A DNA stretch of 64,000 nt, taken from assembly GCA_964016885.1 (NCBI GenBank), contig OZ024740.1:293074001-293138000 (forward strand). The letters run 5' to 3'. A program made the position numbers and the translations under genes. Below, one piece after another: positions 41,206-54,129 of this stretch (its first letter is position 1; the number at the start of each line of letters is the position of its first letter). The notes under the pieces are model-generated. The model was not told the DNA's origin. It worked only from the letters and a program-made list of their open reading frames with translations, and did not search any database. This DNA comes from Eledone cirrhosa (Eukaryota).

Positions 41206-42170
41206 ATGTCAGTAAAATTATTCCTTATGATATTCAAAGGAGTCAATAAACGTTGGGATAACTTTTTCTTATTCACATTTTTCTTTTTATTTAAGTTTCA
41301 TTGTTGTTTCATTTAAGTTTCATTGTTGTTTAGACTTCTCCAATATTCCGCCCTACGTGCAGCCGACAAGATGGACAATGTGAGAAGTTGCTACAAATAG
41401 TTTGATTTATTTCATATTTCCCTATCTACACGGCATAAATTTGACCGCTGAGTATATTCTCTTATAATAGTATTTACAATTCAGTTTCATTACATAGAGA
41501 GTACAATGTCGAATAATAGTCATACTAGTTTTAATTAGTGTCATTGTGTACAGCGGGAGATACTAGGTTTACACAATCAGACTTCTTGTTTTTATTCCTA
41601 CTGTTGATTTTTTAACATCTGGTCTCTGTGAGCCAACTAAGAAACAATGACGATGTTACAGCCAAATTTCACTCGAAACCACTCCCTGCTGACGTAGATA
41701 AGAATGATACAGAACAATGTAATCTCATGCTTAGAAAAGTACAGGTGAATCAGGCATTGGGTCCTCAGTCTGCCAATTCAGTTCTAACTTGGGTATAAAT
41801 AGCATCAAAAGCAATAAAAAAACACCCTTTACATTGTTATCTAGATGTATGTAGATAAAAATTCTGAGCATCAATCATGTTACAAAACCGAAAAATAAAC
41901 ACCAATTACAAAATACTTCCTCCTAAGGTATGTCTTTGGCAATATCACTTGTAAATGAATATGATTATAATTGATGAAAACTGTATAGTAATTGGAAATA
42001 CCAAAGTAATATATTATTTATCTACAAACAGCCGTCTCCCTGTTGATTATCAAACCGTTGATATCAAAGTAATATAATAACATATAACATAACATAACAT
42101 AACATAATATAATATAATATAATATAATATAATATATATATATATATATATATATTATATTTTATTATAT

Positions 42171-42216
<46 letters not shown>

Positions 42217-42344
42217 CACACGCACACACACACACATATAAATATATATATATAATATATAATATATATAATTGTTTCTACTTTAGGCACAAGGCCAGCA
42301 ATAACCCAGTGCATTACTGGTACTTTATTTTATCGACCCCGTAA

Positions 42345-42374
<30 letters not shown>

Positions 42375-42375
<1 letters not shown>

Positions 42376-42485
42376 ACGAAGGAAGTGTGGTAAAGAACCA
42401 GATGGACCATAACGCACCAAATTTAGTCCAGAAATACCTGTCGAAACGGCTTGAACTCTGCCGTCGGGGTTAAACATTTTCCTAT
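42375..42485. mobile_element. Mini-insertion of the Naiad 3' terminus (antisense end plus inverted sense piece)
   Basis: Matches 61960-62101 in both orientations; flanked by TA. Confidence 0.8.
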
Positions 42486-42509
42486 ATATATAAATATATG
42501 TATACGTTA

Positions 42510-42707
42510 TTCCGGGTTGAATCGGAGGTAACCACAGTAAGTAAGGTACTCAATACATAGCAGAGTATAAAACTTTTAATATAGATGAGATTCTACAGGA
42601 CTAGAACTGTTTCATTCTTTAGAAATCATCAGGAATGTGGTTATATTCCTGATGATTTCTAAAGAATGAAACAGTTCTAGTCCTGTAGAATCTCATCTAT
42701 ATTAAAA
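42510..42707. mobile_element. PLE pLTR-like fragment ending in a perfect ~63-bp fold-back with an HHR core
   Basis: Arms 42574-42636 and 42645-42707; CTGATGA-tttct aa agaat-GAAAC-agttcta-GTC; family of 23434. Confidence 0.65.
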
Positions 42708-42716
42708 CTATATTAA

Positions 42717-42771
<55 letters not shown>

Positions 42772-43849
42772 TATCATAATATAATTCAATTTTCTTTAAG
42801 CAGTTTTATTTGACACATTTATTAAAAAATATTTAATGTATGATACACCGTATGAAATGTTATTAAGGATATGATAAATTATATTGAATCACAATAGTAA
42901 CATAATTAAAATTCTAATTTAATAATTTAATATTCAATTACACGTTATTGCAAAGATGTGAGTAAAATAACTGAAATAAAAGATAAAAGTATATTGAATC
43001 TTTGTCAACAATAATGTGTATGTTTTCTTATTACCATATATTTATATAAGGCAATAGTGCGGATAAACAATTTCAATATTTATATAAGACAATTGTGCGG
43101 AAAGCCGGGTGAATATTTATTGTTGATTACGCGGCTCAGAGGCATCAATTAACAGTCACACTTTCCTACCAATTTTAGAGGGTAGGGAATCGTTGATTAT
43201 ATTTTATTGCTCCCAGAACTCAACTGGTGCTTATTTCGGGAGGAGTGAAAGCAAATCCCTCTACGGGAGGTCTTGAATTCAAAACGTAAAAACCACCAGG
43301 AATTTTTCCCAAGAATCTGACGAGGCTATAAATGAAATGCCATTTCTTGCTTCAGAAATTCATAATTTCCTCGCTGGCAGCTTTTGCAAAGATTACATTT
43401 TAGTCAGTTTATAGTTTCAATGTAATTTAAGAGATTAATATTTAAGTAATTATATTTACACAAAACTACATGGGAAGGCAAATTTCAACAAAACGATTTG
43501 GTTTTGATATCCGCTTGGAATTATATCCCTCCATACATGTCATTAACGCCCTTTGTAAAGTTATGAATACTACAACCGCTACTTTGATCCCATGAGTTAC
43601 CCCATTAGAATCAGTAATGACAACTGTTCATCCGTTGATGTTACCATTAATTCTTGATAGCGACTTACAAAGACCTGTCTTTTTTTCATCTATATTTCTA
43701 TTTCTTCCTTAATTTTTCATTCTATTTTCCGGTGAAGGACTAACGTCCGAAACGTTAAGGTTCTTTTCTTACTATATTAAGCGCAAAAGTAATAATATAT
43801 TTCTTCATTGTACTGCATTGTTTGCTTTGTTATTTCTGTTTGTCTTTTG

Positions 43850-44090
<241 letters not shown>

Positions 44091-44689
44091 TTGTATGTAT
44101 GTGTGTATGTATACACTATCTTCTTGATACTTTTTGCTTTCACTCTATGTATAGGCATGGCTGTGTGGTTATCTTAACTATATGTGCCTGCATGTGCTTG
44201 CATTAATTACAGGGTAACTTAGCCACAACTTAATGTTAATTAAAAAAAAGTTCTCCTTTCATTGGGCATAGTTTACTGTACAAAACATTTTGTCTCACCG
44301 TGTTTACACATTCTAACGTTAATATTAGCCAAAAATATATACATTACACATAGGTATACAAAGAATTCACAGATATTAGATAGTAAGATATCTAAACGCA
44401 ATTCTTCTAAACTTAACTTGAAGTCCAGCAGCCATTAAAAATGTTCTCTTGCCAGACATTTGCTCGATTTAGAAAATAAATCTGTAGAATATCAAGAATA
44501 AGAAAAAGAACTCTGTGATTTCAGATGTTTTCTTTGCCTGGGAGGCAAAGATGTCAGTTATCTAAATGCGTGAGTGTGTGTACACTCACGCATGTACATA
44601 TACACCAGGTCCAAATACAAACGAACCAAATATCCACTTTCACTGCCTCAGTCTCTTCCACTCTCCTCATATTATAAGCAAATGGGGGC

Positions 44690-44812
44690 CCATGCGCTGG
44701 CCGTCTCGCGGCCCCGGTGGACAGAATAGACAAGGTGTTTTCCCGGAGGCTGGTGGGGGAGACGCGCAGGAAGAGCCATTCCAGCTCGCGAGGTTCACAC
44801 CTACGTGTAACC
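44690..44812 (-). mobile_element. CRE-clade retrotransposon, C-terminal fragment
   Basis: EPRELEWLFLRVS..LRENTLSILST resembles the CRE-type RE..WL.QR.SLA..RGNA..IL ending; homologous to 52070-52150. Confidence 0.55.
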
Positions 44813-46531
44813 AACTCTGTGCCGATGGTGGTGTAGAATATCCTTTAAGTTGTTGCTGCTGTTCATGGATGTTGTTGTTGTAGTTGTTATTTAGCTCGAG
44901 CTCAATGCTAATAGATCAATGCTCGAAGATATTACAGCCGTGATTAACCAGATTATCTGACGTGAGCTTCTTTTCAGAAGGTAGTATGCGAATTAAAAGT
45001 AATTTCGATTCTAGTTCTAACAAGTCGAGTACAGAGAATTTCCCCATTGGCTTGCGTGTTTTTGTGTTGTCGATAAGCGAAGTAAAGATATTTCATTTCC
45101 CTCTTATAAATGTATATAATTAATGATGTTATTATTGTTTCTATGTAAAGAAATTAATCTATTAAGTAAAATCTATTAAGTAAAACTTCAAGTAAAATAG
45201 CATATTTTGCTTGAATACAATTTACGAACAGCTGAATCAAGTCAAATGAAATAATCTATATAAATCTTCATGATCAAACACAATTCTATGAACAGTATAC
45301 TGACTGGGAAGCAGCAAGCTACATGATAGTATAAGATTATATAACAATCACGTATATATAATTATATAAGTGGGAAGCCATTCAGTATCAATGTTATATA
45401 ATAGTTCGAAGTGATTCGTAATGAGTTAAAGACTACACAGTTGTGCTGATTATAAGTTTATAAGACATCAGGATTATATATTAATTAAATTGAAGCTTCT
45501 GAAATACATTTGATGTTTTTATTGGCTATGTAATTTAAATAACATTCCGTCGGTTGTATTTCAGGAGTCTAACTAACGGTTTGAGACGGCGAATTGATAG
45601 AGTCGTTAGAACAACGGATAGGGCTTTGCGGTGTTCGTACCGGCTCTCTGTGCTCTGAGTTCAAATCTCACTAAAATCAACTTTGCCTTTCCCCCTTTCG
45701 AGATTGATAAAAAAGTACTAGTCTAATACTCGAGTCGATTCCTCCTCTATATTTTTTTTCGTGACTTCTCTATAATTCTACTTCTCTGAAAGAAATCGGC
45801 AATGTTCAAATCAGGAGAGGGATGGCTTCCGCTCGGTTTAAAATACCCCAAATACGCCGTATGTTACTAAGTTGCCCCCAACGATTTCACCTGGAGTTAC
45901 AGTTCCATACATGCTTATAATAGAAGGATTATATCTTCTAGATTCATTTAGATTGTTCATTTAATTTGTGTTCGTTCAGCAACAAATTACGCATAAACAA
46001 GCACAATTAATTTACACTGACGAGGAACATTGTTTCTAGTCACCCGACGTCTCCCAAGTTTATAGCTAAATCCTCGTTAAATCACATTTGATTGTTTAAG
46101 AAATAAAGAATACCGTGGATAATATACTCTTAGATTCATTATGTCTAAAATACGGTATAGTCATAGCTGGAATGTCTTTGAGCGTATTGAGCTCGATTAC
46201 TCGGAACAGCAACAATTTCGGATCTATGAACTAATCTAGTCTAAAGTCTATATTAAGCCAGGCGTTGCTTATCCCAGTTTCGTGACCTGAAGCGACTGAA
46301 TGTAGAAGACATTCTCCTGGACAGGACACCAATCCATCGCATGGTTAAAGCCCCGCTATTGCTGGTACTCATATTCAGCGCAATACTGGAGAAATGTGAA
46401 ATGAAGTGTTTGGCTCAAGTACACAACGCACAACGCAGCCCATGAAGAGCAATATATTTTACCCACTCGATCATTTTATTTAGTAAGAAAAGATTGGTGA
46501 TTTCTGTGGATAGGACTTTAAAATATCATCT

Positions 46532-46998
46532 CACGTTCCTCGATAGAGTGCGCAGCTCAGAGATCAGCGTGTCACTCCAAGTAGAACCGCTACTTCTACG
46601 AATTGAGAGATCACTGCTACGATAGTATGGGCATGTTGTTAGAATGTCGCGGAAAAGAATCGCTGGAAAGATTTTACGGGTAAAACAACTTGCAAAAGAC
46701 CCAGGAGTATACTCCGAGTAAGATGGTAGCATACCATCCAGGAGTTCGGCTGGTCTCCCTTGGGGATCCAGCCGGATCAGTTGGAGACAGTTGCTTCCGA
46801 CAGGACCCACTTGAAGGAGTGTTTCCGGACTCTGCTCCCACGACCCTCTCGGGAGGAGGAGGAGGAGGAGGAGGAGGAGAAGAAGAAGAAGAAGAAGAAG
46901 AAGAAGAAGAAGAAGAAGAAGAAGAAGAAGAAGAAGAAGAAGAAGAAGAAGAAGAAGAAGAAGAAGAAGAAGAAGAAGAAGAAGAAGAAGAAGAAGAA
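46532..46998 (+). mobile_element. RTE 3' fragment with an expanded (GGA)n(GAA)n tail
   Basis: Colinear with 14200-14547; YGHVVRM; purine tail at 46852-46998. Confidence 0.85.
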
Positions 46999-48353
46999 AA
47001 AATGTGTAGTATTCTCGTTAATAATAGAACAATATATATATATTGGAAGTTACACGATGGAAAAACATATTTTGTGCTTCCGGGGATGTACATTTGGCTG
47101 ACTTGATCAAATAATGAATGTGAAATGAGCAAAATATTATGATGAGCAACAATGTGTGGCTCAATGTATAACAGGAGTTTTGAGAGCTTTTAGCTGGAAT
47201 TCTAGTGAACAATCAAAGGAATGTGTGAATTGATTGTGAAAATGCCGAACCACTTAAGTATAGAGTACAATAATTGTTAATATAGTATTGTGAACCAGTT
47301 TTCAATTACAATTATGTTTTACTTAATCAATAAGCTAAAACAAGAAAAAATACTTATACTAACGATAACAATAAGAGCTGGCTAAATGAAATCTCAAGAA
47401 ACAATTGGAGCAATTACCGCTAGAATTATAAGTATATAATTTTCTACGATGACAATAGAAGAGGTAATAAACAAGAGAATTTATGAATTCTATATATAAT
47501 TATCTTCGCTATTGTGGTTTGAAACACGCGGAAGCTACTGTCTATAAGTACGGTGCGCTAACCGATTATGCATGAGTGACTGCTAGTCTTCCACAAACAA
47601 CTTTGTATGGACTTGTGCCTCGGATAGGAAATTTATAGGTGCAAATCCCATGGTCATTTGTGACCGAAGGGGCTCTTTACTCTTTATGCTACATATTCTT
47701 ATGCACGTATGTATAAAAAAGAATACATCCAGAAGTATACTGGTAGAATAACTCTGAAACTATGCAGCTAAATTGGGAGTATAACGCTAATATTTTCTAT
47801 GAATGTAGAAAGTTATGTAACTATGTTTCAACTAATATTCGTAGGCAGTCAGGTATTTATAGCTCTTTTGAAGAACTGAAGCATATAAAAACTAAGTCAG
47901 ATACTTAAAGAGGTAACATATCTCAGAAAGATTCGAACATAAAACATATCTCGCTGGTTTAATTATTTGCTATCCACCCACAACAAAAATCAAACTCGCA
48001 TCTCATAACAACATTTCGGCACAATAATTTCACCTCAATTCCTTAAATTCCCTCAAAAAATCTCGGATAAGCCTCCTACACCCGAATATGTGTCCGTACG
48101 CAACAACTCTATAAATAAACATATAAATATATATATATATATCCAGGGAGCGTAACGCGGAGTTAGTGTAGGTTCACCCAGGTGAGCACTCGATGTTTAG
48201 GTTCAGGTCAGGATCGAGGTGTAGAGCTAGACAGAGTGTAATATAATAAAACAAGGACGAATGGTTACGACTTCATTACTTTTTATGGTTGGTGACGCGC
48301 GTTTCGCTACTGATCAGCTCAAGGTTCGATCTGTATCGATCTGGCCCGACTCT

Positions 48354-48469
<116 letters not shown>

Positions 48470-48585
48470 TAAATCATAAATCATGTCCTTAGAATTATTA
48501 GATAAAATATATACCATTTCCTCTCCCAATTAGCATAATTAACCATATAAAAAATCAATTAGACCAGGCTATAAGAATAAAGGCT

Positions 48586-49041
<456 letters not shown>

Positions 49042-49138
49042 GTCTCTCTATAACCACTGTTTTGTATAGAACCTTACTTACCTTGTCATATATATATACA
49101 TGTACATATGTGTGTGCGTGTGTGTGCACATATATATG

Positions 49139-49219
<81 letters not shown>

Positions 49220-49400
49220 CGATATTAACAAATGGAAACTATATTTATAAAACCATATTTATTTCATTATACATATTTTTACTCCAATTATTTGTTGAGT
49301 GCTTTATATCAGTTATAAAAATATTTGCTTGTTGTATCCCAACAATTTAAATATAACTTCTACATATATATGTGCCAAATGTAGAAACAATTATATATAT

Positions 49401-49595
49401 AACAAAGGAATTGTGGTAAGGAACCAGATGGACCATAACGCACCAGAGTACTCAATACTTAGGGTAGTAGAGTGGGAAATAGGAAAAAGTATGACCCCGA
49501 CGGCAGAGCTCAAGCCAGAAATAGTCCAGAAATAGTCCAAAAATAGCCGTCGAAACGGCTTGAGCTCTGCCGTCGGGGGTCATACTTTTTCCTAT
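49401..49595. mobile_element. Mini fold-back insertion of the Naiad 3' terminus
   Basis: 49401-49516 is the rc of ~61986-62101; 49517-49595 is a sense copy; TA on both sides. Confidence 0.8.
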
Positions 49596-49613
49596 ATATA
49601 TATATATATATAT

Positions 49614-49810
49614 ATTTCGTTTCTGAATTTGTTTAGCAAGATTCTTTATTTGAAAACGTGTGTTGAAACCGATATTGTTATACTTTGGGAGGGTCATGTT
49701 GCCAATAAGAAACACACGCACCAGTCGCTTTCACTCCAATTTATTATAAATTTTAAAAAATTAAAAAAACATTTTTTTTATAAATTAGCGGTTGGTTGGT
49801 TGGCTCCAAA
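49614..49810 (-). mobile_element. Terminal fragment of the PLE family at 25702
   Basis: Highly similar to 25702-25890; flanked by (TA)n. Confidence 0.8.
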
Positions 49811-49812
49811 TA

Positions 49813-49844
<32 letters not shown>

Positions 49845-50401
49845 TACACTCTCCCCCTCTCTCTCTCTATCTATCTCCCCCCTCTCTCTCTCTCCCTCTC
49901 TCTCTCCCCCCTCTATCTCTCTCTCTTTCTATCTCTCTCTCAGATACACACGTACAGTGTACCCCCCCACAATCAACAGTGACAACACATAAATATCGTA
50001 CTTAAGCATTATAGCAAATATACCGCAAAGTCGAATATCGTCCTTCTATCACGAAAGAGGTTTTGCCTTTTAATTATAATCTACTCCCTTCATAGGGCTC
50101 TCCTAGAATAGAGGCTGTGGAATATATGAGAGTAGATGAATATAAATGTATTCGAAAATGTCGTTACTGGTTTGAATCGCAACGAAGGTTTTGCGCTGGC
50201 CTATTTCAACAAGAATGCAAGGGAATATAGATGTAGTGAGAAACCTCGCACAAGCTCTATTATTAATATAGAGATATATGTTAATATATTAGAAGTATTG
50301 AGCCAAGGAATTTAATATCAAACTTTAGTTCCACTGAATTCTTTATCTTCGGAAACGTTCCCTGTATCAAAACAATTTCATGGCACCTGAAAAAATATAA
50401 C

Positions 50402-50582
50402 TGTTTCTACTTTAGGCACAAGGCCAGCAATTACCCAGTGCATTACTGGTACTTTATTTTATCGACCCCGTAAGGATGAAAGGCAAAGTCAACCTCGGCG
50501 GGATTTGAACTCAGATCGTAAAAGGACGTAACTATGCTGGAAAGCATGGCGTCCGACCCTCTACCGATACTGCCAATCCACC
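50402..50582 (-). mobile_element. tRNA-derived SINE, full length, with a 19-bp TSD
   Basis: GCACCTGAAAAAATATAAC at 50383-50401 and 50583-50601. Further family copies at 17410-17505, 22395-22537, 42270-42348, 50620-50820 and 51095-51305. Confidence 0.9.
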
Positions 50583-51939
50583 GCACCTGAAAAAATATAA
50601 CGTCCCTCAAACAGCCATTATAAACAGAGCGTCGAACAATACGCTTTGCAGTATTTAATTACGGCCCTTTATGTTCTGAGTTCAAATCCCGCCGCGGTTA
50701 GCTCCGCCTGTCATCCTTACGGGGTCGATAAAATAAAGTACCTGTAATGTACTGGTGTCGATTTACTCGACTTTCCCTTCCCCTTCAAATTACCGCCCTG
50801 TGCCAAAAAGTAGAAACGATTATATAGTAACTGTTGCAGTGTGTGTCGCTGGCCATTGTCCGTGGAAATACTTTGCCATTTTGTCTGCGGTACGCTGCTG
50901 AAACACCGCTCTGACGTAGGTGTTGAAGCTGTCACCCTCTCCCCTTATTTCTATCTTTCTTTCTTTGTCTAGTAGTCCCAACCATTCCCCTCCTTTTTCT
51001 CTCATTTATGACAATTATGGTTCTTTCCAACAGTGATTCTGTTTCTGTATGTTTAACCAGAACAAAAAAAAATAATAATGATTTCTTTATTTAATAATTG
51101 TTTCTACAATAGGCACAAGGCCAGCAATTATCCCAGTGTATTACTGGTACTTTATTTTATCGACCCTCGTTAGGATGAAAGGCAAGGTTTACCTCGATGG
51201 GATTTGAACAATAATAATTGTTTATACTTTTTGGCACATGGCCAGCAAATACCCAGTGCGTTAATGGTACTTTATTGTATCGACCCCGGTAAGGATGAAA
51301 GGCAAGAAAAAAAAAATAATAATGATAATTCGCTATCTCGAATTTAGAAAGAAAAAAAATTAACTGAATGTAAGTGAAAGATTGAGAGAATGAGATAATA
51401 TAACGTTACATTAAAACGACAATGCGAAGAAACTAACGAATTAACGAATTACGATGTAATAATTTAAATAATGATATTAGCGATTATATAGATATAATAA
51501 AATGCATAATTTAATTAGTATAAAGTTAAAACTAGACGTGAGACGGTTTACTGATATATAGATTATACAGAACCAATATTTTACAATTATATATGTAATG
51601 TAGCCTTCAGTTACAGAAACCGCCACGGCATTAACGATACAAAAATATAGAGAAATTAATCTTTGACCAAAATATTATAGTTAATAACGACTATAAACTA
51701 GATACTCTGCTGTTTACATAGGGGATATGTTTACATAATGACAAAATCAAAGAAGTAATATAACATATTAAAATTCATGATAATCTAATTAGCTTTAATT
51801 AATAATAAATCTTACCGAAATAGTTTTTAGCTATACATTTATCTTGTATTGAGAATCATATCACAATTAATATATAAGATGTACACTAAAAAGTTTAAAA
51901 TTGAAACATATTAATTATAAATATAAATTAATAATTAAA

Positions 51940-52290
51940 AACGGAAAAGCAAGGGAAAGGCAACGGCTCTAGCGTCACAGAAGAATGGGAGGAAGAAGGG
52001 GATGATGGGCTCTAGGCCTAGGGAGCCGCGGTGTTGGGATGTGCTCCGCGGTATTGGTGCTGTGCTCCTCCACGGACAAGACTGCAAAAGCATTTCCACG
52101 GACAATGGCCAGTGACACCCACTGAAACAGCCACTCCACTTCGCGGGGCTCTTTCCTCCGATCTTGCAGAGGAGCTCAGCAGTACGGGGTTCAAGTACGC
52201 CTGAAGTCTCGACGGTGACCGGTGCGAAAAGAAAGCGGCTGGACAATCCCCGGTATTTGGTTTTCTTCCTTTCCTCTACATTGCGGGCAG
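51940..52290 (-). mobile_element. CRE-clade retrotransposon 3' fragment (RLE C-terminus)
   Basis: EERKKTKYRGL..FLFAPVTVETSG, then in a shifted frame EPREVEWLFQWVSLAIVRGNAFAVL. A third piece lies at 50830-50895 (+). Confidence 0.7.
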
Positions 52291-52375
52291 TATCTATAAT
52301 ATCGCTGTGGTTTCTGTAATTAATGGCTACAATACACATAGCATTTTAAAATTGAAACTTATAATATATTAATCA

Positions 52376-53037
52376 CTAGCAGTGGTACCCGGCGTTGCAC
52401 GGGATAAGGTATTTTGGAACGCGAGCTGCCAACAGACCTAATCGTGAAAAAACTGAATGCCTGGACGTAACATTGACTACATAATATAGTTTAATAATGG
52501 AATGTAAAGAAAATAAACCGAATACTCTGATGGCTGGATAATCTTTAAGATTTTCCTCGATTAAGCAGGAACAATGCAGGTTTTCACCTAGGGGATCAAG
52601 AAAATGAATTTTTTTTATGTGCATAATAAGCCTTGAAATTTCCGGAAAATCGGCTAGACGTAACGCCTTAAAAAAGCCCTAAAAAGCTGAAAAAAGGAAG
52701 TTTTTCACCTAGGCCATAAAAAAGCTGGATTTTCTTTGCTCACGGTATGAAGAAGAGACTGGCTAATACATAGTTACAATTTCAAGGAAATTGGTCTGAC
52801 GTAACACCTAAAAAAAACCCAAAAAACTGAAAAAACGCAATTTTTCACTTAATGCGGGACCTAGGGGATCAAAAATTTGAATTGTTTAATGTGCATAACA
52901 CTCTCTGAAACATAAGTAAAACACATGTAAAGTTTGAAAAAAATCGGTTGGGTACTTCTCGAGTTTTTAGGGATTCAAACTCACACACAGACAGACACAC
53001 ACACACAGACAGACATCCTCGGTTTTATATATATAGA
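52376..53037 (-). mobile_element. Non-autonomous Helitron
   Basis: rc begins TCTATATATATAAAA and ends with hairpin CCCGTGCAACGCCGGG then CTAG; A/T insertion site. Confidence 0.85.
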
Positions 53038-53162
53038 TAAGTATAAATTACTTGATTACGAAATCTACAATTTAAGTTATCCGCATCAAAAAGTATATTT
53101 TTTTTTATTTAGGAATAAAAATTAAAACCTAATGAAAACATTTAACTTTATAGATATTAGAA

Positions 53163-53450
53163 TTAAAGAATATTAGATATTAACATAGTAAAATTGAAAT
53201 AGAAATAGAAGCGTCGACGTAACATTGACTACATAATATAGTTTAATAATGGGATGTATAAACCCAGTGAACAGAAAAATATGGGTATCAGCATACCTGG
53301 GAGACGAACACACACTTCTCGTTTGTCGGAGGAGTACGCAAAACGAGTAGGTTTATACGCCCAATATTAGGCTATATTATGTAGTCAATGTTAAGGCAAT
53401 GCTTCTATTTTTATTTCAATTCTACTATATTAATATCTAATATTCTTTAA
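53163..53450. repeat. Diverged fold-back with ~100-bp arms
   Basis: TTAAAGAATATTAGATATTAA...AACATTGACTACATAATATAG matches the reverse complement of 53350-53450. Confidence 0.75.
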
Positions 53451-53770
53451 GTCGAATGTTTCCTTTGATTAATATTGTAATTTAATAGTCACCTATGACG
53501 ATACGACAACCATTAAATATAATCCCATTTGGGCCTAATAGTATAATAAAAGTAAAAATAAAGAATTATTTTTAAACAAATAAGAAATTATTTATCCAAT
53601 CGCAATTATCTACCTATAGTAAGAATTCAAATAATCAATTAATTCATAAGCATTACTCCTACGTGTTTGCTGCGAAGATGGTTGCTCATTCAACGTTCAT
53701 GATGAGCAGAGTATATATATAAGTATATGTATATGTATATATATATATAAATATATATATATACATATAT

Positions 53771-53926
53771 GGACACACTAGAAGAGGAAGACCAAGGTTA
53801 ACGTATGTTGATGCCCTAAGGTCAGACACTGGTCTATTGGAGACGCAGGACATGGCAGCGATAATGAGGGACAGAGACCGCTGGAGAGAACTCGTCCATG
53901 GATCTCGGGAATGTTACCCGCCTTAG
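53771..53926 (+). mobile_element. RTE-type LINE extreme 3' fragment (inverted copy at 62232-62388)
   Basis: GHTRRGRPRLTYVDAL..MRDRDRWRELV*. Confidence 0.7.
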
Positions 53927-53999
53927 ATATATATACTAATGTTTGTTGAGTGAGTTGGAATTTGGCCGGAGTATCGCTAAAAAGCTTTCTCCGATATTG

Positions 54000-54117
<118 letters not shown>

Positions 54118-54129
54118 CATATATATATA

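Noticed and set aside
46674-47132. Poly-Glu/Lys/Ser ORFs
   Set aside because: (GAA)n tail of an RTE fragment
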